A stretch of 64,000 nt of DNA from positions 1 to 64,000 of the forward strand of contig NW_021833751.1 in assembly GCF_006345805.1 (NCBI RefSeq). Direction: 5' to 3'. Positions 12,871-24,901 of this stretch are shown here, piece by piece. The notes beneath the pieces are model-generated. The model did not search any database. It was not told the origin of the DNA and saw only the letters and a list, made by a program, of their open reading frames with translations. Source of the stretch: Octopus sinensis (lineage: Eukaryota). The position numbers were made by a program, and so were the translations under genes. How positions within the stretch are numbered: the stretch's first letter is position 1; each line of letters opens with the position of its first letter.

Positions 12871-15800
12871 AAGACACCGGGGACGTTTAAGATGTAAGAA
12901 GGAAAATACAGAGCTCCGAAATCTATCCACTAACATCGAAAACAAGGACACCCTATGGAGCCAAAGATTTACTAACAAAGAATTGGACTATATCCGAGTA
13001 AGTAATACTAACTGAAATTTATTACTATTTTCGAAACGAAATGATGTATTTTGACTCGATATTATCTCCACCTCTAACACAACACATGTAAACATGCGTG
13101 GAACAATACGATCATCCCCGACCTCAAACACCAGGTACAAAGGAACTACGTAGAAATTAAATGCCACCGATACTATTCAACCCAAGAATAACAATCGAGC
13201 GGTACGTACATTAAACCTACAACAAAAAATGTACGAAAAACTACACGTGCGAAATAATGTGACAACAGAAATAAACGGACCGGTACCCTACGAAAACGAC
13301 GACCGTCAAAATAATGGGCCGGACGTTGTACCTCATGTCCCGCAATTAAAACACAAAAGACGTAAATGGACACGGGAGGAATACATTTCTATCTTACACG
13401 CATACTTCACAGCAATGCTCTACCCACAAAATGAAAATACAACAACACATACATATAAAATATGGAAGGAAAATAATAGAGATATAGACTTGGATACAGC
13501 AATGAACCCTAATAAATTAGCTAACGTACGAAGATACATTCTCAAAGCCAAAAAAATATCAGAAATAGAAATAGAACATTTAAAAGAAAAAATACACCAG
13601 GAAAATGTAGATAGAAGCCACACAACAATGCCCAATAATATAAACACTGAAACTGTAAAACACGAAGACAAACGCAACATTCCCAACAAACACGATGTAA
13701 ACAACGAAGGGGAGCCTAATGATTATGATAATATAAAAAATAAAATAATCAAAGAACTGAAAATCACAGAGCCCAAAATGGACCACCGACCATACCTCCC
13801 AAGAATAAAAATAAACGCAATAACAACACCAATTATAAACACATAAACCTAGCCGTCACTGAACTAGCCACTGAAACAAAAAAAGTGATATCACTGAACT
13901 AAATGACCTGATATACGCAGCAGCCACTGCAGCCACAAAAGAAGCTGGATACTCACCCAAACCCGCCCAAACAGGAGTACCACCACCCAAACAAACCCTG
14001 TGGATAAATAACATCCAAAACAAATAAAAAAAATTAGAAAAGACCTGTCGATTCTTAATGAAATCAGCAAACAAGCAACGCTACTAAGCAACAAAAAGAA
14101 CAAAAATGCTCCGCAAATATAACATCACAGAAAAAGATTTGCCGGAGATAAAAGAAAAGCTGAAGCAAGATATCCTTGCCAAAGCTCAAAGGATCCGCCG
14201 GTACGAGAAACGCCAACGCTTCTTTGAACAGAACAAAAAGTTCAACTCCGACCCCAAAAAGTTCTACCAAGAACTGGGCAAAAATAAAATAGAAGTCACT
14301 GCAGCACCAACGGCAGAAGAATTGGAAGAATTCTGGAGAGAAATATGGTCGGCGAACAAACAGCCAAAAAAAAGGAGTATGAAAATAACAAACTCGGCAT
14401 CTGAACAATTTTGGACCCCCATAACAACTGAAGAGGTCACCCAGGCACTGCAAAAACTAAGCAACTGGAAGGCACCTGGGCATGACAAGATCCCCAACTT
14501 CTGGTTGAAATACCTAACAGGAATGCACAAAAAGCTGGCTGAAAATTTTAACAGCATACTAGCAGAGCCAGAGACAATGCCTGAATGGCTCACGAAGGGG
14601 AAAACCATCTTAATTCCCAAATCAAATGAAACAACAAAACCAGAAAACTACAGACCAATAACCTGCCTCCCTACTATGTTCAAGGCATTTACTGCAGTGA
14701 TATCGCAAAGGCTGAACAAGCACCTGGACGAAAACAAACTGATCCCAGAAGAGCAGAAAGGATGCCGCAAGGCTCATATGGCTGTAAAGATCAACTAATG
14801 ATTAATAAAGCCGTAACTGAAGACAGCCACAGAAAGAAGAAAGGCCTCAGTATGGCCTGGATTGACTACAAAAGGCGTTTGATAGCATCCCCCACACATG
14901 GATCCTCGAAACACTAGCCATTAACAAAGTAGCACCAACAATCATAAAATTCATAGAGCACTCTATGAATAAATGGCAAACAGTCCTACACCTCCAAACA
15001 AAAGAGGGACTCATGAAAACCAAAGACATCCCCATTAGAAGAGGAATATTCCAGGGAGACACGCTCTCTCCACTCCTTTTCTGCTTGGCACTGTCACCTC
15101 TATCTGATATGCTAAATAGAACTGGATGCGGATATAAATGTTACGGCAAAACGATCAGCCACCTTTTATATATGGATGACCTAAAACTATACGCTGCAAA
15201 TGACAAACAGCTGGAAACACTATTAAAGACAGTTCATGGATTTACCAAAGAAATAGATATGAAATTTGGATTAGAAAAATGCGCCAAAGTAACCATGAAA
15301 AGAGGAAAACTAGTTAAGAGTAACAACATCACACTAGATAAAACCAATGAAATAAAAGAATTAGACCAAAGCCAAACTTACAATACTTAGGAATCCATGA
15401 ACTAGATAAGACACAACACACACAAATGAAAGAGAAAATAAAAAAAGAATATTATAGACGAGTTAGATCAATACTAAAAACAGAGCTCAATGCTAAAAAC
15501 AAGATAATAGGTATCAACACTTTAGCTGTCCCAGTTATAAGTTACAGCTACAATATCCTTAACTGGACACGAAATGAACTGTCCAAAATAGATAGGAAAA
15601 CAAGAAAAATACTGACAGGATCTAGGATGCATCACCCAAAATCTGACATAGAAAGACTATATATACAACGTATAGAAGGTGGTAGAGGCCTTATACAGCT
15701 GGAAAACTACTATAAAATAACCACCATAGGACTGCAAAAATACCTACTTCAGAAGGAAGGAAAACTGATCCAGATAGCAGCAAAACACGAGCAAAACAAA

Positions 15801-16823
15801 AAACTGTTCTCAGTATTTAAGGAAGCTGACAAATACAAACAAGAAATCATACCACCTAATAAACACAAAGAAGAAGAAGAAGATGATGAAGAAACAACAA
15901 AAGCTATAAAACAAATGAAATCCAAACTAAAAATTGAACAGCAACGAGCCATGATAAAACGATGGCAAGAAAAGCCCCTTCATGGTAAATACTGCACTAA
16001 ACTAAACGCAAAAGAAATAGACAAAGAAAAATCCCAGCAATGGTTGAGAAGCTCAGGACTCAAAGCAGAAACAGAGGGATTTTTAATTGCAGCACAAGAC
16101 CAAAGCCTCCCCACCAGAAATTACCAAAAACATGTAATGAAAAGAAATATTACAAGTAACTGCAGAATATGTGGAGATGGACAAGAAACAATAAATCATA
16201 TTATCTCTAGCTGCCCAGTCCTGGCTAAGAAGCAATATATTCACAGACATGACAGAGTTGGAACCTACATACATTGGAAGCTATGCCAACATTATGGAAT
16301 AACAACAGAAAAAAGATGGTATAGGCACACACCAGAAAAGGTCACAGAAAACGAGAAAGCAACCATACTCTGGGATATGGCGATACACACAGATAGAGAA
16401 ATTAAGGCCAACAGACCAGATATAGTTGTCAGAGATCATGAAGAAAAAAATGCTTTCTAATTGATGTATCAATACCGGCAGATGACAACGTGTCTCTAAA
16501 AGAAATGGAGAAACTCTCAAAATACAAAGACCTGGAAATAGAGATAACTAGAATGTGGAACCTGAAAACAGAAACAATTCCTATCATAGTAGGTGCATTA
16601 GGCATGATAAAAAAATATTCAGACAAATACATAACAAAAACACCAGGACTTACAAACACATATAACATACAGAAAATTGCACTACTAGGCACTGCACACA
16701 TCCTACGCAGAACACTTTCCATACAATAACCATCAGAGCATCACAACAAATCACAGCACATACCCAAGGCACACAGAGCTGCGCTCGGTAGTGAACTGAA
16801 AGCACGCTATAAAAATAAAACTA

Positions 16824-16827
<4 letters not shown>
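12871..16827 (+). mobile_element. Near full-length R4/Dong-type non-LTR retrotransposon (family RLE-1) in (TAA)n
   Basis: N-terminal KRRKWTREE motif; RT motifs NYRPITCL, GIFQGDTLSP, YMDDLK; CRICG..ETINHIISSC CCHC knuckle; NRPD..LIDVS RLE; (TAA)n on both ends. Confidence 0.92.
13229..16729 (+). pseudogene. RT-RLE polyprotein of RLE-1, broken by at least eight frameshifts
   Basis: ORF-track pieces 13229-13846, 14106-14798, 14965-15390, 15426-16460 and 16490-16729 join into one frame if missing A residues are restored. Confidence 0.85.
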
Positions 16828-16871
<44 letters not shown>

Positions 16872-16898
<27 letters not shown>

Positions 16899-17595
16899 AA
16901 TGCAACAAATGAAACCGTGGATTATGTCTCTATGTGCAGTCTTCTTGCGTCTACAGAGCATCTCAACAGGCATGATAGAGCCGCACAATATTATTCGCTG
17001 GGTAATTTGCAAAAATTTGGACCTGCCCCATGATAAAAACTAGTGGGAACATCAACCACCCCCAGTGCTTGAAAATGAATCACATTTCATTCTTCTGGAT
17101 CTTCAACCTTCAGACTGACAGAAAGATAGATGCGAATAAGCCAGACATTATATTGAAAGACTTCAAACAAAAATCATTCCTCCTCATTGATCTGACTGTC
17201 CCAATCGACATAAATGTATATGTGTCAAGACCAACCAAAAACTGAGCAAGTACGAAGATCTTGAAATAGAAATTGGCAAAATATGGAACCCCAAGACTAA
17301 AACAATTCCTGTTGTCGTAGATGCCTTAAGAATGATAGCAAAAGGGGTTGATTCCTACCTAGCTCAGATACCAGGGAACCCTAAAATGGCAGAAATTCAA
17401 AAGATAGTGCTCATGGGAACTGCCCATATCCTACGTATTTTAAACAAAGTTATAATTTTCTTGTTTGCTTAAACGTTCTCTAGAACAATACTTTGTGCAA
17501 AACCAAATATATGACACCCTAGGCATAACACCAACATGAACTTCTAACTTGTTGTCTCTGGAGGTCTGAGCAAAAGTCAAACATATAACAACAAC
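16872..17595 (+). mobile_element. 5'-truncated second R4-type family (RLE-2): knuckle, RLE, 3' UTR
   Basis: RHDRAAQY, TDRKIDANKPDIILKD, LIDLTVP, KYEDLEIEI, IQKIVLMGTAHILR across frames; starts in the (TAA)n tail of RLE-1. Confidence 0.85.
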
Positions 17596-17686
17596 GATGA
17601 TATTTTAAAAGGATTGACGTAACTCTTCACAAAGGTAAATCGATAATACGAAGAGTGTGATGTGATTGCAATAAATATTTTATTGG

Positions 17687-17729
17687 CTGAACGATATTTC
17701 GATAGCTAGCCTATCTCTATCGAGTTCAA
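17687..17729 (-). ncRNA. Hammerhead-fold motif with deviant core
   Basis: Stem I UUGAAC/GUUCAG, stem II GAUAG/CUAUC, GAAA, AUC triplet; core reads UCGAUAGA instead of CUGAUGAN. Confidence 0.4.
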
Positions 17730-17879
17730 AATGAAATGTGATACATAGTAATTAAAAATCATAGAAATTCAAATCCAAACTTTGAACGAGGGCAACCAGC
17801 GTCCCCACGTTGATGGAATGTCTTCAATTTTCAAGTTTACAGCTGGCAAAAAGAAAGAAAAAAGAGAAAAGTAAAGAAA

Positions 17880-18400
17880 AAAGAAAGGGAAAATATTTAA
17901 ACAGCTTTCTGTAAATATGATTAAATTCTCCTGTCATTTTATTTATCCTTCCTGGGCCTGATGTTAACAACTCGCAAACATATTTCTTCTCATGCATTTT
18001 GAGGATTGAAAGTGAACCAGACTCAGAATATTTTCTGAGAATATGCACTTTCAAGTCTTTTTCAAAATTGCAGTCGTTTGATGAAAATGTTCGGCAAGTT
18101 CTGTCGAACAACTGTTATTGCGCCTGACATCATATTTGTGCCCATTGAATCTTGTGTTTAATTGTTGTTCTGTTGTACAACCAACATTAAATCAAGTCGT
18201 GTTTGGTGCATTCTGCGACGTACACCAAGTGGGAATCGCTACACGTCCCACCTTCAGTGTAAATCATAACATTTCTTTTATAATTCCTGATGGAATTCAC
18301 TTGACACATGGTACAGCGTGCAGAAACTTCAATGTTGTTTTCTGGGAGTCAGAGGTAGAGTTTAATTGCTCTCTTGTATTTTTATTCCGTCTAAAGGCTA
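17880..18400 (-). mobile_element. Penelope-like GIY-YIG endonuclease remnant
   Basis: GTCSDSHLVYVAECTKHDLI; NTRFNGHKYD; TELAEHF; DLKVHIL..HEKKYVCELLTSGPGRIN across frames. Confidence 0.75.
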
Positions 18401-18478
18401 CAATAGGCGGCTGAGGAAATATTTGCTTGAAACGAGGATATTTTTCCGCAAAATAATAATAATAATAATAATAATAAT

Positions 18479-18905
18479 GGGGGGAGTATCATAGCCATGT
18501 GTTGAGAGGAACTGGGGGGAGTATCATAGCCATGTGTTGAGAGGAACTGGGGGAGTATCATAGCCATGTGTTGAGAAGAACTGGGAGGAGTATCATAGCC
18601 ATGTGTTGAGAGGAATTCTTTGGGGTTTGAATAATTCACCTCTGGAAACAGGGGTGTTTCGTTCAACGTCCTTAAACCACCCTTATTCAGGGACCTTTTG
18701 AGCAGGATGGGCTACTTGACTCGAAGAAAATTCTCACTGGACTCCACCTGCAAGGTCATGTGCTGTTTATTTTGATATGAGATCACCATGTCGTGCACAT
18801 ATGGTTGTCATGCATGTGCCCGATGTGCCCTTATCAGATGGGTATACTGGGCTTCGTATATTTTACCCCAGTTTCACTTTGATGGCATGCACTGCTCTCT
18901 CACTC
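18479..18905 (+). mobile_element. Family D element, 5'-truncated, with a four-fold about 35-bp repeat at its 5' junction
   Basis: GGGGAGTATCATAGCCATGTGTTGAGAGGAA x4, then collinear with about 9060-9390; (TAA)n flanks. Confidence 0.85.
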
Positions 18906-18969
<64 letters not shown>

Positions 18970-18971
<2 letters not shown>

Positions 18972-19142
18972 TTTAAAACAAATTTCTAATTTAATTATGA
19001 TTTGACAGACATTCTCTAGAACAGTACTCTGTGCAAAACCAAATATATGGAACCATACTTGAACTTCTAACTTCTGTTTTGAGGTCTCTGGGTGAGAACT
19101 GGAGTAAACGCGTACAAATACAAAGCAAAGGTCAAACATATA
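18970..19142 (+). mobile_element. RLE-2 3' UTR-only copy
   Basis: TTCTCTAGAACA..GTGCAAAACCAAATATATG..GAACTTCTAACTT..GTCAAACATATAA matches 17438-17590; (TAA)n flanks. Confidence 0.75.
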
Positions 19143-19921
19143 ATAATTGTAATAATGATAATTTCTTTATTGGCTACTAGAGACCCAAATATCTGGGACA
19201 ATATGAAAGACAAGGAGTTACAGAGTAGACGAGCATTACAGTTAGTAAAGAGAAAAATGAAAAAATACTCTCCCACCGAAAATGAGATGAGAAAATGACG
19301 AGGGAAAGCTTCTCAGAGGAATGCGTGTGTATGTGTGTGTGCGTGTGTAATATACCTAGGGATATATCTCCCCCAACACTCAGATTTAAGATTATCTTGG
19401 GTACTAAGCTCGAAAACACTTCACAAGGCAAAAGTGACAAATAACTACGTTTACACATTGCTTTAGTCTCCCTGGTGGTCACCATTATATTTCTCTGTCT
19501 CGGATCCCGGGGCGCAGGAATATGGGCTACGTTGTACTTTGGCTCAGCTGATGGTCACGTGGTGGTCGAGTACAAGTGTTATTTAATGAAGTACAGGAAA
19601 CACTACTTTAAGCCTTACACCTTTCAATCGACAGAATTTCCCCCGATATTTCTTGGAATTCTTTCATTTGCCGTTTTGACGGTAGGTAGAAAACTTTATC
19701 ATCCTTCTTAAAAAAAACAAACAAAAAAAAAAAAAAAAAAAAGAAACAAGACGTTATTTTTCTCTTCAGATCCTCGACCAAAGTGATTTTGTCTCATTTA
19801 TCAAGATTTGCCCTCGGGTTATGTTTTTTTCTGGGAACTTTATCAAATCTAAGAACTTCACCTCTGTAACAACAGATACAAAACGAGCTGTTTTAACATG
19901 GTTACTATGTCTAAGAACTAA

Positions 19922-20296
19922 TCTTTATATATAAAAGAGAGGTTGTGTGCTGTCTGTCTTCTACGATTTAGATTCCTAACTACTCCCACATTTTGCGGTG
20001 CAGTTTAACCAAAACCGGGTATCTTATAGTCATGATTCATATCGAGCCCTTCTGGGTATTAGCGCGCGTCTACGATGAGTCTACGATTAAAAAAAAAATT
20101 ACCATCATTTTTTTGCTATTATATAAGGGAAGTAACTCTCTAAAAATGTATTATTAAATCTCAGAACGTAAAAAGCTACAGTAACACCCCCTTTGTGGTT
20201 AGCCATATTGAGATGGCTATTATACTTTACATCTCTAAAAATGCTTATATAGTTATTTCCCTTACAAACCCGAGCAACGCCGGGCGATACTGCTAG
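19922..20296 (+). mobile_element. Non-autonomous Helitron-type element
   Basis: A|TC 5' end, CCCGAGCAACGCCGGG hairpin, CTAG|T 3' end. Confidence 0.8.
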
Positions 20297-20780
20297 TGGA
20301 TAATAAAGAAATTATATCTTCTCGTCAAAATGCTACTTCGTTCTAGTCGCATGTCTTTTTTCTTAGTGTCAATGTATATGTAAGTATCATCTAGTATATT
20401 ATATATCTATGTTAAAGACGTATCTCTAATATAGTTGTATGTATATTTTATTCTATCGCCATTACCATCATTCATAAATGAAACAGCTTAAAATATATCT
20501 TTCTAATAAATGTATATTTAAATGATAATATTTTCCCCCTTTGTGTTGTAAGTGTCAAATCTGTAGTTCAGTTTGTTTATGTATTATTTTGTTGTTGTTG
20601 TTGTATATCTTCGCTATTGTGCTTTGCGCGAGTTCTATAGCTGATGTCTGCAGACATTTTTATACGAAAACATCGCCAAAATGCCGAAGTAAATACAAAA
20701 TGGAAGTTGCTAAGATAAACCTGTTTTTCTTTTATCTTCTCTGGGTATCGGTGGCAGACAACCACAGCTAACTAATACCT

Positions 20781-20990
20781 ATTTCTTTATTACCTACAAG
20801 TGGCTAAACACAGAGGGGACAAACAAGGACAGACAAACGGATTAAGTCGATTACATTACTTAATTTATCGACCCCGAAAGGATGAAAGGCAAAGTCGACC
20901 TCGGCGGAATTTGAACTCACAACGTAACGACAGACGAAATACCGCTAAGCATTTCGCCCGGCGTGCTAACGTTTCTGCCAGCTCGCCGCC
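20781..20990 (-). mobile_element. SINE family B
   Basis: Near-complete reverse complement of the 37706 copy. Confidence 0.9.
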
Positions 20991-21114
20991 TTAACTAATA
21001 CCTTTATTGGCAAGTACTCTAGTGACAGAAGTATCGTTTGGTTATGCTTGAAATAAAGTCTAAAAAATCAGCGAAAAGGTCACACTCAATGGGGATTAAT
21101 AACAACAACAACAA

Positions 21115-21245
21115 TCCTTTCTATTGAAGGCATAAATTTGGCGGGAGGGGACTGGTCGATTATATCGACCCTAGTATTTCACTGGTACTTAATTTATCGA
21201 CACCGAAAAGATGAAAGGCAAAGTCGACATCGGCGGAATTTGAAT
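21115..21245 (-). mobile_element. SINE family B fragment
   Basis: GAAAGGCAAAGTCGAC..GGCGGAATTTGAA core, truncated at (TAA)n. Confidence 0.75.
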
Positions 21246-21299
21246 AATTATAATAATAATAATAATATAATAATAATGATAATGATAATGATAATAATA

Positions 21300-21332
<33 letters not shown>

Positions 21333-21363
21333 TAATAACAATAATAATAATAATAATAATAAT

Positions 21364-21836
21364 TGATGCAGTACAGGCAGTGGCTCTCATGGCTTCGATC
21401 TAACTGATTGGAATGTTATCATGTAAATTTTTTGTCTTGGTATAAAAGATGGGCTACAGCAAATATTCTGCTCAATACCACAGATTTGCTTGTCAGTTGT
21501 TTGACCTTACCATTGAGCAGTCCCTTAGTGGCTGACGATATGTGCATCTCTGATCACGAGCAGAAGTATGGGGGAGCATCATGGCCATGAGAGATCTTTG
21601 GATGAATGTTCACTGGAAACATATCGTTCAACATCCTAAAGCACCCTATTCAGGGACCGTGAGCAGGATGGGCTACTCAACCTGAAGAAAATAACTGGCC
21701 CCACCGCAAGTAACGTTTATCATATGAATCACCATGTCGCGCACATAGATGCACTGGTGCCTTTATCACGTAGTCATGATGGGTATATGGGCTTCGTTTT
21801 ACCCCAGTGTCACTTTGATGGCATGAACTGCTCATC
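21364..21836 (+). mobile_element. Family D element with many small deletions
   Basis: Collinear with 8846-9390 but riddled with short deletions after about 21590. Confidence 0.8.
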
Positions 21837-21872
<36 letters not shown>

Positions 21873-21873
<1 letters not shown>

Positions 21874-22235
21874 TGCAAAACAATGTGACAACAGAAATGA
21901 ACGGACCGGTACCCTACGAAAATGACGACCGTCAAAACAATGGGCCGGACGCTGTTCCTCATGTCCCGCAAATAAAACCAAAAAGGCATAAATGGACACG
22001 TGAGGAATACATGTCTATCCTACACGCTTACTTTACAGCAGTGCTCTACCCAAATAACGAAAACACAACAACATATACATATAAAATGCATTACTAGGCA
22101 CTGCACACATCTTACGCAGAACACTTTCAATACAGTAACCAGCAGAGCATCACAACAAATCACATCACATACCGAAGGCACACAGAGCTGCGCTCGGTAG
22201 TGAAGTGAAAGCACGCTATAAAAATAAAACTACTG
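21873..22235 (+). mobile_element. Internally deleted RLE-1 derivative
   Basis: First about 215 bp match 13245-13461, remainder matches 16673-16827; junction at AAAA(T); (TAA)n flanks. Confidence 0.9.
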
Positions 22236-22371
22236 AATGATAATAATAACACCTCCTCAACCATCGACATTTCTTTTTAAATAGAATTTTAGAAAGTGGG
22301 TGCAGTCTTGTCTCATAAAAATCGGACATTTCATTCTTAATGACCTGATATATATATATCTATATATATAG

Positions 22372-22422
<51 letters not shown>

Positions 22423-22425
22423 CAG

Positions 22426-22673
22426 GTCAAACGGTGACGAAGCGGGCGCTACGGGATCTGCAGATGTGGAAGAGGTGTAGACTAAAACGACGGAGGCGTT
22501 TATTGGCATCATTTCGCAGAAGTTCCAGCACTACCTCGAACCGTGGAAAACGCGCTTGACAAATGCATTGCTTCAAATGGAGAATACTCTGAAGGCGATA
22601 CAAGTCTAAACATGTAAAACGAAGTGAATAAAGTAATATTGCAAAATTCTGGTTTATGTTTGAGTACTCCTGG
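22426..22673 (+). mobile_element. Mariner transposon 3' end
   Basis: DVEEV*TKTTEA...WKTRLDKCIASNGEYSEGD transposase C-terminus, then a putative TIR ending at TA. Confidence 0.75.
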
Positions 22674-22689
22674 TATATATATATATATA

Positions 22690-22763
22690 TACAATTGTTT
22701 CATGCTACTTCATTTTATTAAACACTGTGGTTTAATAAAATGAAGTAGCATGAAACAATTGTA
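22690..22763. repeat. Perfect 34-bp inverted repeat (6-nt loop) holding the 3' half of a hammerhead
   Basis: TACAATTGTTTCATGCTACTTCATTTTATTAAAC and its reverse complement; right arm carries GAAA-CAAUUG-UA. Confidence 0.9.
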
Positions 22764-22895
22764 CTACACTACCTTGGATATCCTTGTTGCTTGTTTTGAT
22801 TATAATCACCCCATTTAATTTATATGGATAATACCATACAAAATTCAGGTGCCTTTAACTTAAGTACCATATTCGTCTGAATCTAAATTTTGCTG

Positions 22896-22944
<49 letters not shown>

Positions 22945-23012
22945 CTCCACGTTGGACCGCTGAACTCTACACAATATATTTTCCTTCTCTTTCTGTTTAT
23001 TTCCTCTTATTC

Positions 23013-23048
23013 CTTTCTGCTGAAGAGCGTAGGCTCGAAACGTAAAAG
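23013..23048 (+). ncRNA. Minimal type-I hammerhead, A6C variant
   Basis: CUUU-CUGCUGA-A-GAGC(GUAG)GCUC-GAAA-C-GUA-AAAG. Confidence 0.6.
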
Positions 23049-24845
23049 ACTTTTTCATTTTTCCCGGCTGTTAAAATAATACACTTGTTTGTTGTTCATA
23101 CAACTGTCTCCGTCTTTTGTTTTCTATAAATTTGAACTATCTATCTGTCTGTCTGTCTGTCTGTCTTGTCTGTCTGTCTGTCTCTCTATACTTACATGCA
23201 GTCTATACTTACATACGAACTTACAAACATATAGAAACCCACCGGGCTGTGTTACCTTATTTAAAACAAGCAAATGCCATAGAATAAACTCATGTTTCCT
23301 ATGATAACCTTTGAACCACTACGTTATTATTGCTAGAAATAGCAGTAAAACGTCCGCCAATCGCATCTTATTGCATTCAAACAGGAAGAACACATTGGAA
23401 TGTTTTCAGGTCAGCAATGCCTGGAGTAAACTTGTGTAATCATACAGCGTACATAAATGAGGGATGGTCACGGATGATAATTGGTCTGTTCCATCATAGG
23501 TGACCTGGAGTTAAATAACAAAGAACATCGACGAGCGACACGGAGCATCCATGTCATTGCCCGACCTGTTAGAAATAGCAGCTAAATCAATCTCGTATTT
23601 CTCATGAATGTGTTTAAAAAAAACGAAACTCATTGGCTTATATAGTCCTAGATAAACTATGTTTTAACAAGACAGACAAGATGCTTGCGGTAGAAAGTCT
23701 TACATCATAGATTTTCGTGATCAATGCTAAGACCAAACAACCGCAATAACAACAACATTATCAGTTGAACCCACGACCACCACCACCAACACATATAAGC
23801 CATCACGTAGACTTGATAAATTAAATCACATGAGGCTTAGAGTATCATGTTTGCTTGCACGAATTGATCGCCCACCTCTGAACACCTTATGGAAGAAGCT
23901 ACAGGACAAAACAACTGATAGATGTGCATTTTAGTTACAAGTACAAACATTTTAAATACTTGATATCGTTTCAAATCAATAGAAAACCATTATTAGAATC
24001 TCGGCAGTTGTTCTCTTTCGAAAAGATCATTAAATACACAATTCGGCTCTGAAAACGACTTTCTAACCGACCCACCTCTCTCTGTCTCTCTCTCCAACAC
24101 AAACACCATTGCATTTCTACATCGCCTCCCACCTCTTCCAAAACAGAGACGTATAAGTAAATATGTAACCCCTACTTAGAGAAAGTAATTCCTTTGACTG
24201 CCAACATAATTAAGAATCGGCAGTGTGTCTATGATTGATAAGTCAGTGCTATCATAGAGGATAGAACAAAAAGCCAATATATTGGAATTAATTAATAATT
24301 ATACCCATAGTGAGGAGAACTAATCACTATTCTGAAGGTTGAATCTGGTCAAGACTGGCAAGGGGGATAATCCCTGTCGTTATTCTAAATAAAATTTATT
24401 GAACATTGGAAGTAGGAATGGGGTCGGGAGGGTGTTTGATTTTTGGTAGAAACAGTGAAAACTATAGACTAGTTTCAGTATTCTTTGAGCTGATGAGTGA
24501 AGCATAGTTTGTAATGCTGGCCTGGCACCAAACGGCTGATAGAGATAAGGGATTTTAATGATAAACATGGAAAGGTATGACAAACCTTTATAAACATTTG
24601 AAATTATATCCAAATTTCACGGTCCTCATCATAGAAAGACATTAATGTAGTGAAATATTAAATACACGAAAAAACTTTGCATTGAATAGGTAATGGGGTG
24701 GGGAGTAGGGGAAGTTAGGGAGCAGAACACTTAGGCATATGTGTGTGTGTATTTATAAGTATGTATATATGTATATTTGTATGCAAGTATGTATGTGTGT
24801 ATGCATGTATGTATATGTGTATGTATGTATTATGTATGTACATAA

Positions 24846-24901
<56 letters not shown>

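Noticed and set aside
18075-18120. UUGAUGA..CGAAC hammerhead-like string
   Set aside because: Antisense to the PLE endonuclease coding frame; no GAAA or stem I.
18479-18615. CRISPR-like array
   Set aside because: Contiguous tandem units with no spacers, no cas genes, eukaryotic context.
19768-19816. Acceptor-like TTTTTCTCTTCAG| and possible exon
   Set aside because: Only a weak donor follows; not phase-compatible with the other candidates.
22730-22763. Supposed new UUAA-core hammerhead class (also at 2398 and 49876)
   Set aside because: The 2.35-kb copy shows the true CUGAAGA further upstream; UUAA belongs to domain II.
24490-24545. CUGAUGA..CAAA motif
   Set aside because: G12 missing and no stem I.
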